A stretch of DNA of 64,000 nucleotides from Oopsacas minuta. Lineage: Eukaryota; Animalia; Porifera. Position 1 is the first letter of the stretch. Every line of letters begins with the position of its first letter. The DNA lies in assembly GCA_024704765.1 (NCBI GenBank), contig JAKMXF010000346.1, forward strand, positions 6,015 through 70,014. The letters run 5' to 3'. Shown here in pieces: positions 1 through 14,129 of this stretch. The notes under the pieces are model-generated. The model ran no database searches and had not been told where the DNA came from. It saw nothing but the letters and a program-made list of their open reading frames with translations. A program made the position numbers and the translations under genes.

Positions 1-744
1 CCTGTTTCAATTACCTCTGCTCAGTATATCGTGGTCTGAGTATCGAAAAACTTAAGGCAGGAATTTTTGATGGGCCACAAATCAGAAAACTGATAAAAGA
101 TGAAGAATTCGCCTCACACATGACTGGAGTTGAGGCTGCCGCGTGGTATTCCTTTGTCGATGTTGTAAAGGGATTCTTAGGCAACACCAAAGTGGCTAAC
201 TACCAGAATCTGGTCGAAGGCATGCTCAAGAACTTCCACAGTCTGGGAACCAGAATGAGCATAAAACTTCACTATCTCTATAGCCATTTAGAGAGATTCC
301 CTGAAAATCTTGGTGATTTAAGCGAAGAACAGGGCGAGCGATTCCACCAAGACATCAGGACTATGGAGGAACGGTACCAAGGAAGATGGGACGCTCACAT
401 GTTGGCAGATTACTGCTGGAGCCTTATGCGTGATTGCCCCCAAGAACCTCACAAGAGGAATTCGTATAAGAGAACATTCGTTCATGATTGATAAGTATTC
501 AGATCATATTATATCTCAAATTATCTGCTTATTACGTACGTTCAATTCTAGTTATAAGGTAATACATACATACTATATGGTATCAGTGAACACAGATTCA
601 CGGATGCTGAAAAACATAAATTTTACAATATCACGAAAAGTAGAGCCAATTGACCAGAACTAGTGCCATTTTCGAACTCAGTGACCCCCATATACCCTAG
701 AAATAGCCTCAACTTATCAGCCAAGAAAATGTTGTTGGCCAGTG
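1..744 (+). mobile_element. Chapaev3-like (CMC) DNA transposon, 3' part, runs off the window start
   Basis: Frame 1-491 encodes GIFDGPQIR...MSIKLHYLYSHLERFPENLGDLSEEQGERFHQDI...RYQGRW..MLADYCW, homologous to the C-terminus of the 37236-38930 ORF. The element ends ...TTGGCCAGTG (744) followed by TTA, fitting a CAC terminus and TWA target. Family name from recalled motifs. Confidence 0.75.
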
Positions 745-2389
745 TTATATAAAAGTGAACCTGCAAGTGTTTTCATTTGTAGCAGCATGAAAGAGAAGCC
801 AAATGTGTCTATTTAAACTTGATACTACACCAGAATACGGGAAATCCGAAACCAAGAACATTTCTAAACATTATTGTAATATTAAACAGAAACAAATATA
901 TACAAGTCCACACGTCTATAGAATTTAGGTGTTGAATAATAATTCAAGTGTAATTGCAATAAATATTTACTTGAATTGCAATGAGTTTATAGAAAGTAGG
1001 ATTATTTACGGGAGAATAAAATATTCTCATCTCAAGTCAATGAAGGCTAAAAGCGTCAGAAAAATTCTTTGGACCGCATTAATGTCCTTTCAAACGGACC
1101 CCGAGGGTTGCATAAATTTAGTGAGCAGGCTTCATGCGTCCCGGGACCGCACTTCGCCCACATGTGCCCTAGGTAATACTTTTTCACCATAATTAGCAAT
1201 AAACTATATTCAAAATGTTCATGTTCTTTGTTTCAGCAATGTTACATCAAATTTTGAGCTCCCAGGAAACCAAGCAACGAAAAACATTGGAATTAGAGAG
1301 AGGTTCTCCCGAGTGCATTGAACGATATGGATCCTGGTTTACATAGTTAGTAATGCAAAACATGAACAAGTAACCTATTGACAACTAATTCCACATACAT
1401 AAATGTAATTAGTTGTCACTGGGAAACTTGTCGTGTTGTGGGTAATAATATTAAAATGGAACAACAAATTAAATGTTATACATGTGATTAGTAAATCTAC
1501 ACTATTAAAAAGAAATTAATCTATATCATGAACTACTTAATATAAGGATTAAAAACCACAATTATTTTATGCACCAGGGATATATAAGAAATGCATCGTG
1601 GTTGATTTGAATTACAAATCACTCATGATATTACCAAATATACTGAAGTTATCATCTAGAAAAATTTGATGTAATGAATCACACATACCACATTTAGAAA
1701 CTATTTTCAGGTGTTCGCCTAATGTTAGAAAAACTGCTCCGAATTTGAAATACTAGCTAAATATTGAGTATATATTTCAATTTTGAAATGTTCGAAATAT
1801 ATATTCATACAAAATATCAAAAATTTGACATCATAAATTTGGCTAGTTCTTGAGTTACAGCTGAGACAATATATTCCACTTGTTTGTCAATATTCACTTA
1901 CAACTCTATAATCGCTACAATTGTGATTAAATCAAGATGGTCAAACTATAGTACATACCCGACTTCCCATACACCGATAATAAGTTTCGATATGATAACT
2001 TGTACCATTGTGAAGTAATGCTAAATATGCACATATATGCAGTGCCGTCATCATCAATGGCCAAACTGGGCACTTACCCAGGCCCAACATAGGGAACTCC
2101 TTTGTAGTGGTGAGAAGAAGTTTTGCTCATTGTACACTACAGTTCTCACATAATATATACTAGGGGGTTTACTTGCTTAACATATAATAGCATACCATAT
2201 ATTTGTTTCCTTCTTATATATATATATATATATATTGCATCACTCTTTTCAAGGTAAACGTTAACTTAACTTTGGTAGACCTTTTATCAAAAATAGAAAT
2301 TTATAGAATTAAACTTATTCTTTGGTATACTAACCGGGAACCTTCCGTCACATTAGATACAACAAAGTGGTTCAAGCAATCACAAGAGG

Positions 2390-3310
2390 GCCAATAAGAC
2401 TCGAACGAAAAGTCTACCATTTTACGAAATGGCTCTACTATTCATCAAAATGCTAATGGTAAATTCATAAGATCTCGAAGACACTACATGAGTCTTAATA
2501 ACAAACACAAAGTCTGTGATAGTATCAAGGTGTTATCCAAAGAAGTATTCACATGACAATCAAATGATGGGGAAAGGGTTGATCGTGATCATTTGCTGTA
2601 TTCAGCATCGAAAGAATCAGTCTACTGCTTCCCTTGTAGATTATATTCAAAGGAAAAGAGAAGATTGCATCATACAGTTACAAAAAATGAAGCATCTGAA
2701 TTAAATAGCTGAACATGAATGTGGCACTGAGTATTCTTCCTGCATGATCATATATGGATAGAGTCTGGCGTTATTGATTCCCAGTTGATCATTCAAATTT
2801 CTAACAACTAAAATATTGGGGTAGGTATTGTGTTTTGTTGCAGTTATAAAGTTCCTGTCATCAAAAGAGTGGCTTTTCGTGTAGATAATCAAAGTATTGG
2901 GTTTCAATCATAAAGAAAATTAACTTGGCATATTGGAGGTGATAAGTCAATTGATCCGATTATTTGGAAGATTTGAAGAAATATAGTAATGTTGATAAAA
3001 GAACATTTCGTACTAGTCCGAAAATATATGCGAAGAAATCATTTGACTAATCGGAAAGAGAGTTCAGGGCGAGATTATTAACCAAATGAAAGAATCAAAG
3101 TATGTTCAATAAGCGTAGAATTAATTCCAGATAAGGGTAATACGTAGAGGAAGATGTTCAAACTGAAATTTTATTGGAATTTATCCCCTTTTATGGACAT
3201 GGATCAGAATAGCTAACTAATATCGTTCTGATATGTTCTGATATACTAGATATGCAGAATACACGATCCTAACAGGGGAAGGATTATTGTCCCTAAGAAT
3301 AGAGGTTAAA
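2390..3310 (+). pseudogene. Heavily decayed hAT (ZMYM1-like) transposase relic
   Basis: Frameshifted fragments resembling TTF-finger FPCRLY, LAFRG, and SI..D.TPD..EQ motifs. A possible 5' end CAGTGCCGTC lies at about 2040. Boundaries approximate. Confidence 0.45.
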
Positions 3311-6117
3311 TTCGTGAATCAGAGTGTTAATTAGACATAAAACATCTTGTAAATTGATTGCAATAATACATTAATGGCAGGTCACTCATTCCTCAATAAA
3401 TTCCAATGAGATTGAAACCGAAGATAATTTTCCATTCTATTTTGAAGACAGTATATTCGATGAACCTGGTGAAAATTAAATAGTACTAGGTGAATCCATC
3501 CTAAAAAGTTAGAATGGGATCATTATTATCCAATGATAATGTGGTTTTACAAAGTTATCAGACTAATCCCATTGCCTTAAGTGTTTTAAATTTTCCTCGT
3601 TGTTGTTGGAAATTCTGCTATCACAAACTGAATTACAACTTCTATTATTCAACGCTACTTTTTTCTATGCTCAAGCAGTATGCAAATTATCCAGTTGTCA
3701 TAACTTTAAATATTTAGTTAAAAACATTCCTCCTCCAGAATATACCTAAAAATCTGTAATATATGAAGGATATGGTCAATACTCTTCCAGGATTTCATTT
3801 AGGGGGAAGGTCATTAGCCCCCCCTGGATCCTAGGTGCCCCTTATAATTATTAGCGTCTCCCTTACATAGCCGAAAAATATAGTTTGCCCTTGCAAAAAG
3901 GTCTGGATTAAACACTAATTCCTTGAATGATGATGGCTTAACAACATATTCGAGTATCTATCTTGATAAAACAGAAACCAAAAAGCGGTGGAAGTAAACA
4001 AAGATGGGGCTATTAATTATTTTCATAAGCAGTTCAAAAATTCAAAAAATATGGTTTTAGTTGAGGGTGGTGACTCAAGTGGTTTTATATGTAAATCAAG
4101 CCTAGAAAAGTTAAATATATTTGTCAAGTCAACGTTTTCTGAGGACAATAGAGCTGACCATAATTTGATGCAGAAAAAGTATGCAGTAAAGACATTTGTA
4201 GCGATATATCAGGCAGTATTCAATATTTAGCTCGAGAGCCATTAGTAATTCAATTGTTTAACCTAAAAAACTTGATGCATCGAAATTTTAAGTCACATAC
4301 TATAATTGTAAAGTAAGATTCCATTGGATCCATATTGGACTTTTGGAATAGTATTTCCAAAAGGATGACATCGACAATACAATATCCTTGTATATTTACT
4401 TGTCCAATACAATTAGCAAATTGATTATTTCTTTCTGATGATAATACTGCAGAAATATCTCATCAGGGTTTCATATAGAGGTGGGTGCGGACTGGGATTC
4501 TCCCCTAAAATTTCCTAATATTAGGTATTATGACATCAGTAACAATATGCATGATACTATCTACATGTACATAAATGTTATTTACATGGTATGATCCATC
4601 ATTCCCCCCAGTAAAAGTCCTGTATGAAACCCTACTCATTTCCTAAAGACGTACTTGGATTCTTACGTAACTCTATAAATGACAAATGTATAGATGTTTC
4701 GCAAAAGAGAAGTGGAATGTTCCAGGAACATGAATTAGCAGTATTACGAAGGGTATCGGAAAAAGTTCTGTGGGATGATATGAAAGCAGAAATGTTCTTA
4801 GTTTGGATATGTTGAAAATTTGATTTAATTATTTCGCAAACCTTTCAAGATACTCAGTGTTTGACATCTATGGATTTGATGAATACACAATCAAAACTTG
4901 TCTCAATATAAGGCCGTAATAGTAAAACGATGATGGGAAAATCGTTATATCTCAATAATACGTTTTAAGGACCAAGACACTCTACAGTAACATTCTACTA
5001 ATGTGATCACCTCAATGCGAACATTAAAGGGAGTAAAAACTAAATTTGCCTATTTGTACCATTATTTTGAGGATGTGACCGGTGTTGAAGATCGAATAGA
5101 TCATTTTGTGAAATGTTTATATACGAAAGTATGAGACAGACTGATGTGGGATAAACGATTCAATTTGAGGAAATACAGGTTGCTGATGCCAACAAATTCT
5201 TAGGTTCTCTTAAACAATTACACTGTCGAACTCTCGATAGGGGAAGATTCCTATAGATGAAATCTTACGCAAATTTGTAGTTTCTGTGTATACATCGCCG
5301 ATGTTATGGGGAAAATATGAAGGTCACCGTGTCCACATGCTTTTCAACCAGTGCTACCCCGAGTGAAGCTATTATCGATAAATATTGCTTGCTAACTTTC
5401 CTTGATTTATGACATTGTCGACCAATTTAAGCGAAGGCATACACTTGGAAATGGAATAAGTTAATAAATATTTAATTATAGCGATGCAAATGTGATTATT
5501 AAGCAATATGGAGTAATCTGATTCAATTAAAGAATAATACTTATAGTAACTCTATCCGAAGTACTGAACGAGAAAAAATTTCAAGTTCCCGGTGCAGTAC
5601 TTAGAACAATACAAATATAATACATTACTAGACCATTGTTTGAGTTATTGTACATCTGGTAAAAAAGATAGTTTATAGACCGAATTTTCTTATTGAAACT
5701 CCCCAAATCCGAAGCAAATGCCCAATATCGAAAATTTCTAACAAAACATGTCCGAATGGTATTGCTCGATAGATCTAAGGCTATCTAAACTTGTAGAATG
5801 ATTAGAACATGACCTTTGTGAAATTTGAACTACATTTGGGTGATTTGTTGCCACGGCGGATAAAATTTGGAAATTTTGTGAGAAATTTTTAGTTATAACC
5901 TCAGAAAAATATCTGTGTTGTGTGGCTGAAAATTTATCAAAGCATAGTTTAAGGTTGCTGAACCGATTCCAGGGTATGGCAATGCAGATGTAGAGAATTA
6001 GAATATACAATACTATAGGAAATTAACGCGAATGCTCCAATTCGCTTAAAGTTCATGGAGCGTTAATTTCCATGACGTTAACTTCCCGCAATTTATACTA
6101 TTTAGCAAATTTATGCG

Positions 6118-6620
6118 ATGGATGGGCAAACTCCCAATTTACAAGTTTTCCGATGCGTGCCTTGTTTGAGAGGATACCATGTCTATCAAGTGGACTGGAA
6201 ACCTATTTTGGGACAAGATATTGTTTTCAAACAGGATAATAATAATATTTATGAAAATTTCGCAGTGGCTGGACAAACAAAATTACCTGGGAAGTTGTCT
6301 ATAACGACAGTTGGGCATATTCCAAGAGAGATCAGCCGTTATTTTTGGTATGCACTAAAAAATGGAGCATGTATTTCGGGAATAATATCTCGTGTGAACC
6401 TAGAAGTTCTCCGCTTTTGTAAGGTGGTCTGGAAATACCTATATCTATTACAATCCGATGGAGCAGAGCAGAAGCACTAAACATCTTAAAGGAGAAGGTA
6501 TTCCTTGCGGATTTCTTGAAGATAATTACATGGAATATGTTGATTCTACGAAATATATTTTGAAAGAAATTCTTAATGAAAAGGATGCTGACGAATACTC
6601 TTCGGATAGTTAAACTCATT
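6118..6620 (+). pseudogene. HIRAN-like domain ORF, frameshifted, directly upstream of a pogo-like transposase
   Basis: RGYHVYQVDWKPILG...NNIYENFAVA...VGHIPREISRYFWYALKNGACISG matches the HIRAN pattern RGYH.Y..W.P..G / N..D..AV / VGH.P.E.S as I recall it. Confidence 0.6.
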
Positions 6621-6829
6621 ATCTAGAAGCTTCCTTTGTAAGTGACAATAACAGTGACTGCTGTTTAGTAGAATAGGATCAGCATCTTTGTTGTAGGACT
6701 ATAATAAATTAGTTTATTTATTAGGAATATACTCCATTATTACCAATTTGAATGGCTGAAAAATAGATCATACCCTATTTTTCGAAGGAAAGAAGCGATG
6801 ATAATATAGGAGGTGATTCCTTCTGCTGA

Positions 6830-7745
6830 AGATAGCGGGATAACAAATGAACAGTATGGTCAAGTAATTGAGCAGCTCATCGTGCCAGGGGAAAAAAAGA
6901 AACATTGCAGTTATACAGAAAAAGACAAAATACCGACTACAATTTGCGCGAATCAAGTGGGTACAACAAATGTTATGCAGCAATACAAGAAATATTTCCC
7001 ACATTAGACAGAAAGTACCTTGCGAACTTGGTTGTCGAAATTTCGTGCTGGATTGAAGAGAAAATCGCCCACAGACTTAATACAAAGTTCATCGAAAAGA
7101 GGGAGACCATTGATATTAGATGAACATTTAGATACGATACTCAGAACCTTCATTAAGAATCTTCGCATCGCTGGAGGAACTGTTGATCGACATTCCGTTG
7201 ATGGAGTGCTTATGGGTATCATCAAAAGTAACTCAGGGAGACATGGAGGTTACCTGGAATTTAAAATCACGAACAGCTGGATACAATTTCTGTATGCTCG
7301 CATGAATATGCCCAGACGTATGGTGACAACATCTAGGGCTATAGTGACGAGAGCCCTTTGGAATGAAGTGAGAGACCAATTTTTGAACGAAATTGTAACG
7401 CCAGTCGCTCTGCATAATATTCCCGATGAATTCATTGTAAATGTAGATCAGACACCGTCAAAATTTATGTCTATAGGCAATTATTACCATTGGGGGAACA
7501 AATTCCAAACAAGTAGCAAAGAAGGGATATAACGATAATAGCGGCATGACGATAACCCTGGCTGAAACGCTAAGTGGCAAAATGTTACCATTTTAGATAA
7601 TTTATCATGGAAAAACAGCAAGATCTCTCCCCACCGTTCCCTTTCCCGAAGGATTTCTTCTAAGTTATAATGAAAAGCATTGGAGCAATGAAAAGGAAAC
7701 GAGTTCCCTATTAATGACAGTACTAAAACCATAAGTCAATCGAAC
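6830..7745 (+). pseudogene. pogo/Tigger-like (CENP-B HTH + DDE_1) transposase, 5' half, truncated by a mariner insertion
   Basis: ORF 7020-7532: KRGRPLILDEHLD...SWIQFLYARMNMPRRMVTTS...NVDQTP, then frameshifted ..GKMLPF.IIY.GKT.RSLP...HWSNE. It stops at the TA preceding 7748. Confidence 0.75.
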
Positions 7746-7747
7746 TA

Positions 7748-9076
7748 CAGGGGCATTCAGTAAATACTAACCATACCATCTAAAACTATAGATACTTGTG
7801 TAAAGTTGGTAATTTTTGCTATGAATGTTCAAAGTAGTCTCCTTTATACGCTACAACTGAATTTAGCCTTTTAATCCAATTTTCAAATGTCTTTCTGTAC
7901 TCATCCTTGGGAATGACTTCAAGGTATCTGTAAATTGCCGACCGAGGCTGAGCCGATCCTCAAATTCGCGTCCGAAGAGGTTATCTTTGAGTTTTCTAAA
8001 CAGCCAGAAGTTACATGGGGCTATATCAGGGGAGTAAGGTGGATGTGGAACTTCGTGCACATCCATATCTTTAATTTTTTGCCTTACAGCCAAAGATTTA
8101 TGCGGTCTACGATTATCGTGCAAAATTTTGAGACCACGAGTTCCAGTCTTTGGACGACGCTTAAGATAATGTTTTTCGACCTCAGGAAACACCACATCTG
8201 TGTAAAATTGTCCTGTGAGTGTCTGACCTTTGGGAACAGGGATTTGGGCTACAGGACCTAGGCCATCGAAAATATGCAGTACAAGACCTTCGGGGCACGG
8301 AAGTCGGATATACAAACAGCTGGGGTACCTTTCCCTTCTTTAGCTATACCCTGCCATCTTGCTTTCTGATCGGTGGTTCGAATTGTATCCATGTTTCATC
8401 TCCTGTTTCTATCTCTAATAACCGCCTAGGGTCACTTCCTTCATAAATTTCAAGGTTTTCCTCAGCCATTTGGAGTCTCGCGGCCTTTTGTGGAAAGTTA
8501 AGCAATGTGGTACCCATCGCACTTGGACCTTCCTCAGTTCTAAATCCGCCTTCAGAATTGTGTGTGCACTTCCCGTTGAAAGCCAACATAGTTAGCTACC
8601 TCCTCAACCGAAGAATGCGGAAAAGACTCGACATATTCCTTTATTTCACTCAATTTGTCATTGTTGGTCGCCAGTTTTGGTGCTCCAGGACGAGGGGCGT
8701 CTTGGACAGAGGTCCTACCTTCCCTAAATAGGCTCACCACCTTCTGACAGTTGAATACGATAAAGTATCTTCTACACATATCGTTGCCAACTCGTCATGA
8801 ATAGACTTTGGAGGGATTTCGAGAATGGTGCGAAATTTGATGTACGTTCGTTGTTCAAGTTCCGAAAATTTGGACAAGAAGCCATGAAAAATGTAAAGGA
8901 GAAAATGTAGGTTTCTAAAAATAACTGAAACTTAGGAAATAATTAAGTGATCAACTCTCTCTAAGTTTTGTTAGAAAGTTGAAATATGGTTCTATATAAT
9001 TGCACTGAGAAATACTAGCTTAGAACTGCTATTTCATTAAAAATATACAGTGATTAATATATATTGAATGCCCCTG
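7748..9076 (-). mobile_element. mariner (DD34D-type) element, frameshifted
   Basis: TIRs CAGGGGCATTCA at 7748 and TGAATGCCCCTG ending 9076, both flanked by TA. ORFs 8552-8779, 8344-8589 and 7863-8315 carry TGDETW, ILHDN and HPPYSPDIAPCNFWLF (third D is N). Confidence 0.92.
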
Positions 9077-9109
9077 TATGAGAAAGTTGTCCAATTATTT
9101 CCTTTATTT

Positions 9110-9510
9110 TGATTACTCAGCGAATAATTGATGCATCTGAGTATTCAAAGCTTGTGAATTTCTTCCACGCTGCGAATTTCCGAACATCTAAGAACAGCTA
9201 CAAAATTTGCGAGGCACAATTTTAAACAACGTGCATCACATGACCTACTTGGTGAAGATAATCAACTCTACAAGGGTAGGTATAATGAAGTTGCGAATGT
9301 GTAATTTAAATTTTCTCGTAGATAACCAGACTATTGTTAATGGTGTTTCGACATCGCTTCGCTGCCCTAAGACTGAACACGTATCCAAAATCCTCCACTT
9401 ATACCATGATCCAGAACATTGTGGAATCAAAACTACAACTGAAATGATCAGGAGAGATTACATTTGGAAGTGAATGCAAAAGATATTCGTAAATATGTGC
9501 GTATACATAT
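9110..9510 (+). pseudogene. Ginger/Gypsy-integrase-like N-terminal (H2C2 finger region) fragment
   Basis: KILHLYHDPEHCGIKTTTEMIRRDYIWK.MQKDIRKYVR resembles the integrase zinc-binding region. It is preceded by a frameshifted LVNF..NFKQRA..QLYK segment like Ginger/GIN N-termini. No RT or LTR seen. Confidence 0.55.
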
Positions 9511-11789
9511 GAAATTCTGCATGGACTGTCTCGGACATTCCTAGCAAAATTTCATAATTTGTGTTTCTTAGTAATGTGTCCGGATGGTCAAGTAATTGTC
9601 TAAGGTACCTGTTGTAATTCATCAAATTCATATTTCATTTTAGACTATAAATTGCTATCATATTTTGTAAATGTAATAATTTCGAAATAAATGAAGTGAG
9701 TAGACATATTCTATGCATAATATAACTCTAAAGCAGAAACAAAGAAACCATTCAAAAGGCATTATTATCAGTGTGATAAGAACTAAGAGTTGAGTTATAC
9801 GATTTCATGTCATGATCAGAGGGTAATAATTCTGTCATGTAAGGTAGTAATTCCGCCACGGGTTACGAATATCCATGGTACCAGTAATAGAGGTAGTTAC
9901 TCTACCACGCAACAGTGGACAAGCACAGAGGTCGGTGAAGAACCCCTGACACCTACCCAATGCAAATTCTGAAACAAACTGAGAATATGTCATAAGATGC
10001 TATGATGCGAAGAATCGTCACAGCAGATATAGGCGGAATCCACTAGATTCATATAATGGCAGAGTTAATCAGCAGTTACAGGATAAATCGAAATACTCTT
10101 GCAATATAAAATTGTGAATTCTCTTCATAAGAGAACTTTTAGATCACATTAAATACTAATAACCACCCGCTGTGCATTCAAGTTTTGGCAACCGGTATAT
10201 TTCAGAATATAAAGCTATGAATTTAAATTAATTAATCACACTTAGCTGACATTAGAAACACTATGTTATAATTGGAAATGGAATTCGCCAACTGCGTAAA
10301 TCTTTGGCGAAGGTTCTACTATCATTACGAATTTCAGTGGGATTTACGTAATGATATAAAACAAGTTATGAGTTAGGTCACCTACGAGCTAGACATAAAC
10401 AAATACCTAGTTTCGATAAGAAAAAAGTACTTACTTAGTTTCCTATAGAAGATCGTGCAGCTGCCTTGATTTCAAACGGGAAAGGTAAATAATACTTGAT
10501 AGGATCGATGATGAATTTGGAAAGTATCCCAACAAATTATCATCAAAAAAATCCAGATGTGTAACGGAATTAGTAAAGTTGACTTACCAGGGCAAAATTA
10601 AGGATACTAAGAGCAAAATTATAATAGAACAAACATCTAGCAATCAATTGGAAACGAAGTTAATGTCAAAAGAATTCGATCAGCACAATGAGTAAAACAT
10701 AGAACTGAAACCAATGGAAGATAAATTAAGTAGAGGCGTCATATTAATACTACACAAATATACAATCACCATGGCAACATGACAATAAAAAATAATTATA
10801 TATACCGTATACAGCTGTATTTGTGCGATTGCAAATTTGTGCGATATGAATATATTTACCTCACTGTTTTAACATACGGAAATAAATTTGTACGATGCAA
10901 ACAACCATATCAGTAAAGCTGTAAAACTCATGTGTACATAATTCTGCGCGAATTCGGAAAACCCCGCATGATAGCACGAATAAACCTGGATACAGTATAT
11001 AAATATATATACCTCGATTTTGCATTGTAGGCCTTGATTGAATATTGTTTTCAGAATTTATTATAGCTTCATCCTGTGAATTCTTAAATCTGGGGCAAAA
11101 GAAATAGAATCGCAGTAAAAAGAAACTCGCTAAGATAGCAGTAAGGATACTTATGGCATAAAACAAAAATATAGTGAATTGATCCATCAACTCAAATAAA
11201 TAGTAATTAATCTATAATTTGAAACAATTCAATAGATATCTAATGTGATAAAAGAGTCAGTAACTACACGGACTTCCAAGACGTACATATCCAAGGAATT
11301 TGTAGAGTGATTGAGATCTATAATTATTGTTACCATTTATAAGGTATTCTCAAGAGAAGGCAGGGGAAATTCGCCTTGAGTAGCGAATATCTAGGAAATA
11401 AGTACGATAGGCCCTGAAATGTATGTAAAAAAATATTGTAGGTATAGTATTGCGAGTATCTAGGCAATTATTAACATTCCACATAATTTTCCTAAAAAAA
11501 TAACATATTACACTCGTTGTACCCCTTAAGGACTCGCACACCCATCGATTACTTTAAAAATTCAGAATTTCTATTGTAGAATATATTTCATACAATTAAA
11601 ATTTCACTATATATACGTATACTATTAGTTTTCTTTAAAATGAATTGATATATGTAAAATAATAGTATATATAAAGTTCTCGCAAAGAAAAGTTATGGCA
11701 GATTAGAATTTCGGGTGAAATACTTCCCATTAAAATATGGTTTAGGGGTTTAGAATGATCGAAGTGCCAATAATTTCTCTGCGTTCTCG

Positions 11790-14129
11790 TAACTGAAAAC
11801 ACCTCCTTTTACACTTCCTACAGCAATGTCAAAGCGTAATTCAATCCTCCGAAAGAAATATATCAGCCGTCGATCAAGTCTTTCTTCTCAATCAAGAAAA
11901 ATGTGTATTGGATCAAGACAGGTGGTGGTGAGGGATGGAGAAGCATTAAGAAGGGTAAAAGCTCACTTGATAGGCATATGGGAGAGAACCAGTCCGACCA
12001 CCAAAAAGCTTGGTTAATCTATCAAATGGAGCTAAATACACCAGTTATTGACAATAGATTTGAGAGGATCAAGCGTGGGGATATTGAGCTCAATAGGACA
12101 GGTCTCAGAGCAGTATTCGACTCTGTTAAGACGTGTGTGCAACACAATGACTAGGGCACAGGGACGAAAAAGATACCTCAAATATCTGAAACCTTGCTCT
12201 TCTGGTTTCGAGGTTCAATGACGAAGCCAAAATATTGTTTTCTTCGAGTGCACGAATAAAATTTATGAGTCCTGAAATTCAAAACGAACAAATAAATATG
12301 TTGAGAGATAAAATAACTAAATACTTTATTACGCTCATGAAACAAGAATCCACAGCTGGGGAAGCAAAGAAGCAGGGCCGTTTATTATATTCGGTCATAA
12401 TGAACGAGACGCAGGATATCAGGAAACGTGAGCAAGTTAGTGTGTGCATCCGCCACGTTGACGCGGTTCTGAATTCAATACACACGTTTTTTGGCTTCTT
12501 TCAGACAACTACTACAGACGCTGATACCTTATTAACTATTCTTAAGAATGCCTTACTGGCATTGAATTACCATTTGATGCGATGAGGGGCAGAGATATGA
12601 TAGAGCAGCTAATATGTCTAGACGCCACAATGGTCTCCAAGCCAAAGTTCGCGCTGAGAACGCTAAAGCGTCATGGGCATCATGTTTTTGGCATAACATT
12701 AATCTGGTGGTTCAAGACAGCATGGAATCTGTACGAGAATTGGAAAACGCGTTGGAGAAGGTACGTGCAGTAATCAACTTCATAAAAACATCCACCAAAA
12801 GATATGTATTGTTTAAAGAGATAGTAGCTGCGGCAGCTTTGGAGAACCCCAAACTTGACAAGCGCGGACTGAGGCCACTTTGTCTAAAGAGTGGATAATG
12901 AGGCTCTCTAGCATTGAAAGCCTGTTGGCGCAATATACTATGATTGTCGAGTTTCTTGAATTGCTACAAGATGATAGAACGCTCAAACCTGAGAAGCGTG
13001 CCGAATCACGCTTTTTTCGGCCTTCTCTTCAACCATTCGAGACGTATTTTGGTATTGTGATATTCGAGAAGATATTGTCCCTAACAAACCCTGTTCACCC
13101 TATGTGTCAAGGTCGAGAAATCACAGTTGGTGATGTCAGAAAGTTGGTTAACAGCCTCGTGACTGTTCTTAGTAGCCAAGCTTTCAGTAATGAAAATGCC
13201 CTGATTTTCTACAAAGACGTTAAGAAAGCTGCAGGAGATCTTAGATTAGACCAACGCCAACCTTTTCGACTATGTAGAGCAACCGAAAAGAGTGAGGAGG
13301 TATTCCAATAGATTCAAACACCCAGGAAATAGATATTCAGATCCAAAAGAGATATGTAGATATGTACAAGCCTGTTGGTTGGATGTTTATCATGCAGAAG
13401 GAATTGTAAGATTATAGCAAAGTATGCTTGTAGGTATTACAAACGGCAGCATGGGCTCCCATTACTCAGTATTCTCCACAAGACCGTGGATAAGCTGCTG
13501 AGATCGGGTTGGAGAATAAGAACATGGTGGATAAAGACCTAGAAGAGCTGACGAGATTCTATAATGGTGACCTTCCAGAATTGGCACAACTAAGGTGGGA
13601 AAGGCAAGCTTGGTTTAACCGCTGTGATAATGAAGGCATCGAGATTTCCTGACAATTTCTGAAGAAAACACTCAAGTTGAACCCGGAATGAAGGTCATTA
13701 CCTGGTTTGTGCACCGCTCTTGTTTGTACCTTGTACTCCCTGTGACAACATGCGAAGCAGAGAGATCTTTTAGTATGTTGCGAAAGTTACTCACATACTT
13801 GAGGTCAACCCAAGGTCAAGAACGAATAAGTTGTCTTGCGTTTCTAAACAATCACCGGGGCTTAGTGCGAACAAGCCTACCTAAAGAAGAACTTAAGCAA
13901 GAATTATTAAACAATCTACAGTAGGCTAAATATGTTTGAATAAGGAGAGACTATAATACATGAACTCAGAAAGAAATTTTTGACCCAGAACTATTTATAC
14001 TTATTTTAATAGAGTATATTACGATACTGATAATATCTCTGAATCGATTGGTACTTGCGCTGCAAGGCGCTTCGTCTCTGCTCCGCCCCCCCCAGATTTT
14101 CATAAAAATCCAAAAGTTCTACGCCTATG
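11790..14129 (+). mobile_element. Decayed hAT element (ZMYM1-like transposase)
   Basis: Fragments YSVIMNETQDIRKREQVSVCIRH, CFWHNINLVVQD, LRPLC, and PVTTCEAERSFSMLRKLLTYLRSTQGQER (hATC dimerisation). The 3' end reads TTCTACGCCTATG (14129); the 5' TIR was not located. Confidence 0.8.

Noticed and set aside
3930-5600. Patchy coding-like frames (3988, 4624)
   Set aside because: No recognisable motifs or termini; probably an old TE relic, but I cannot support a call.
7863-8315. DD34N catalytic triad (PCNFWLF), as in domesticated SETMAR
   Set aside because: The element is frameshifted in several places and TIR-bounded; a single D>N change is most simply decay.
9780-10780. GC-richer coding-like stretch downstream of the Ginger-like fragment
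   Set aside because: Multiple stops in all frames and no assignable motif.
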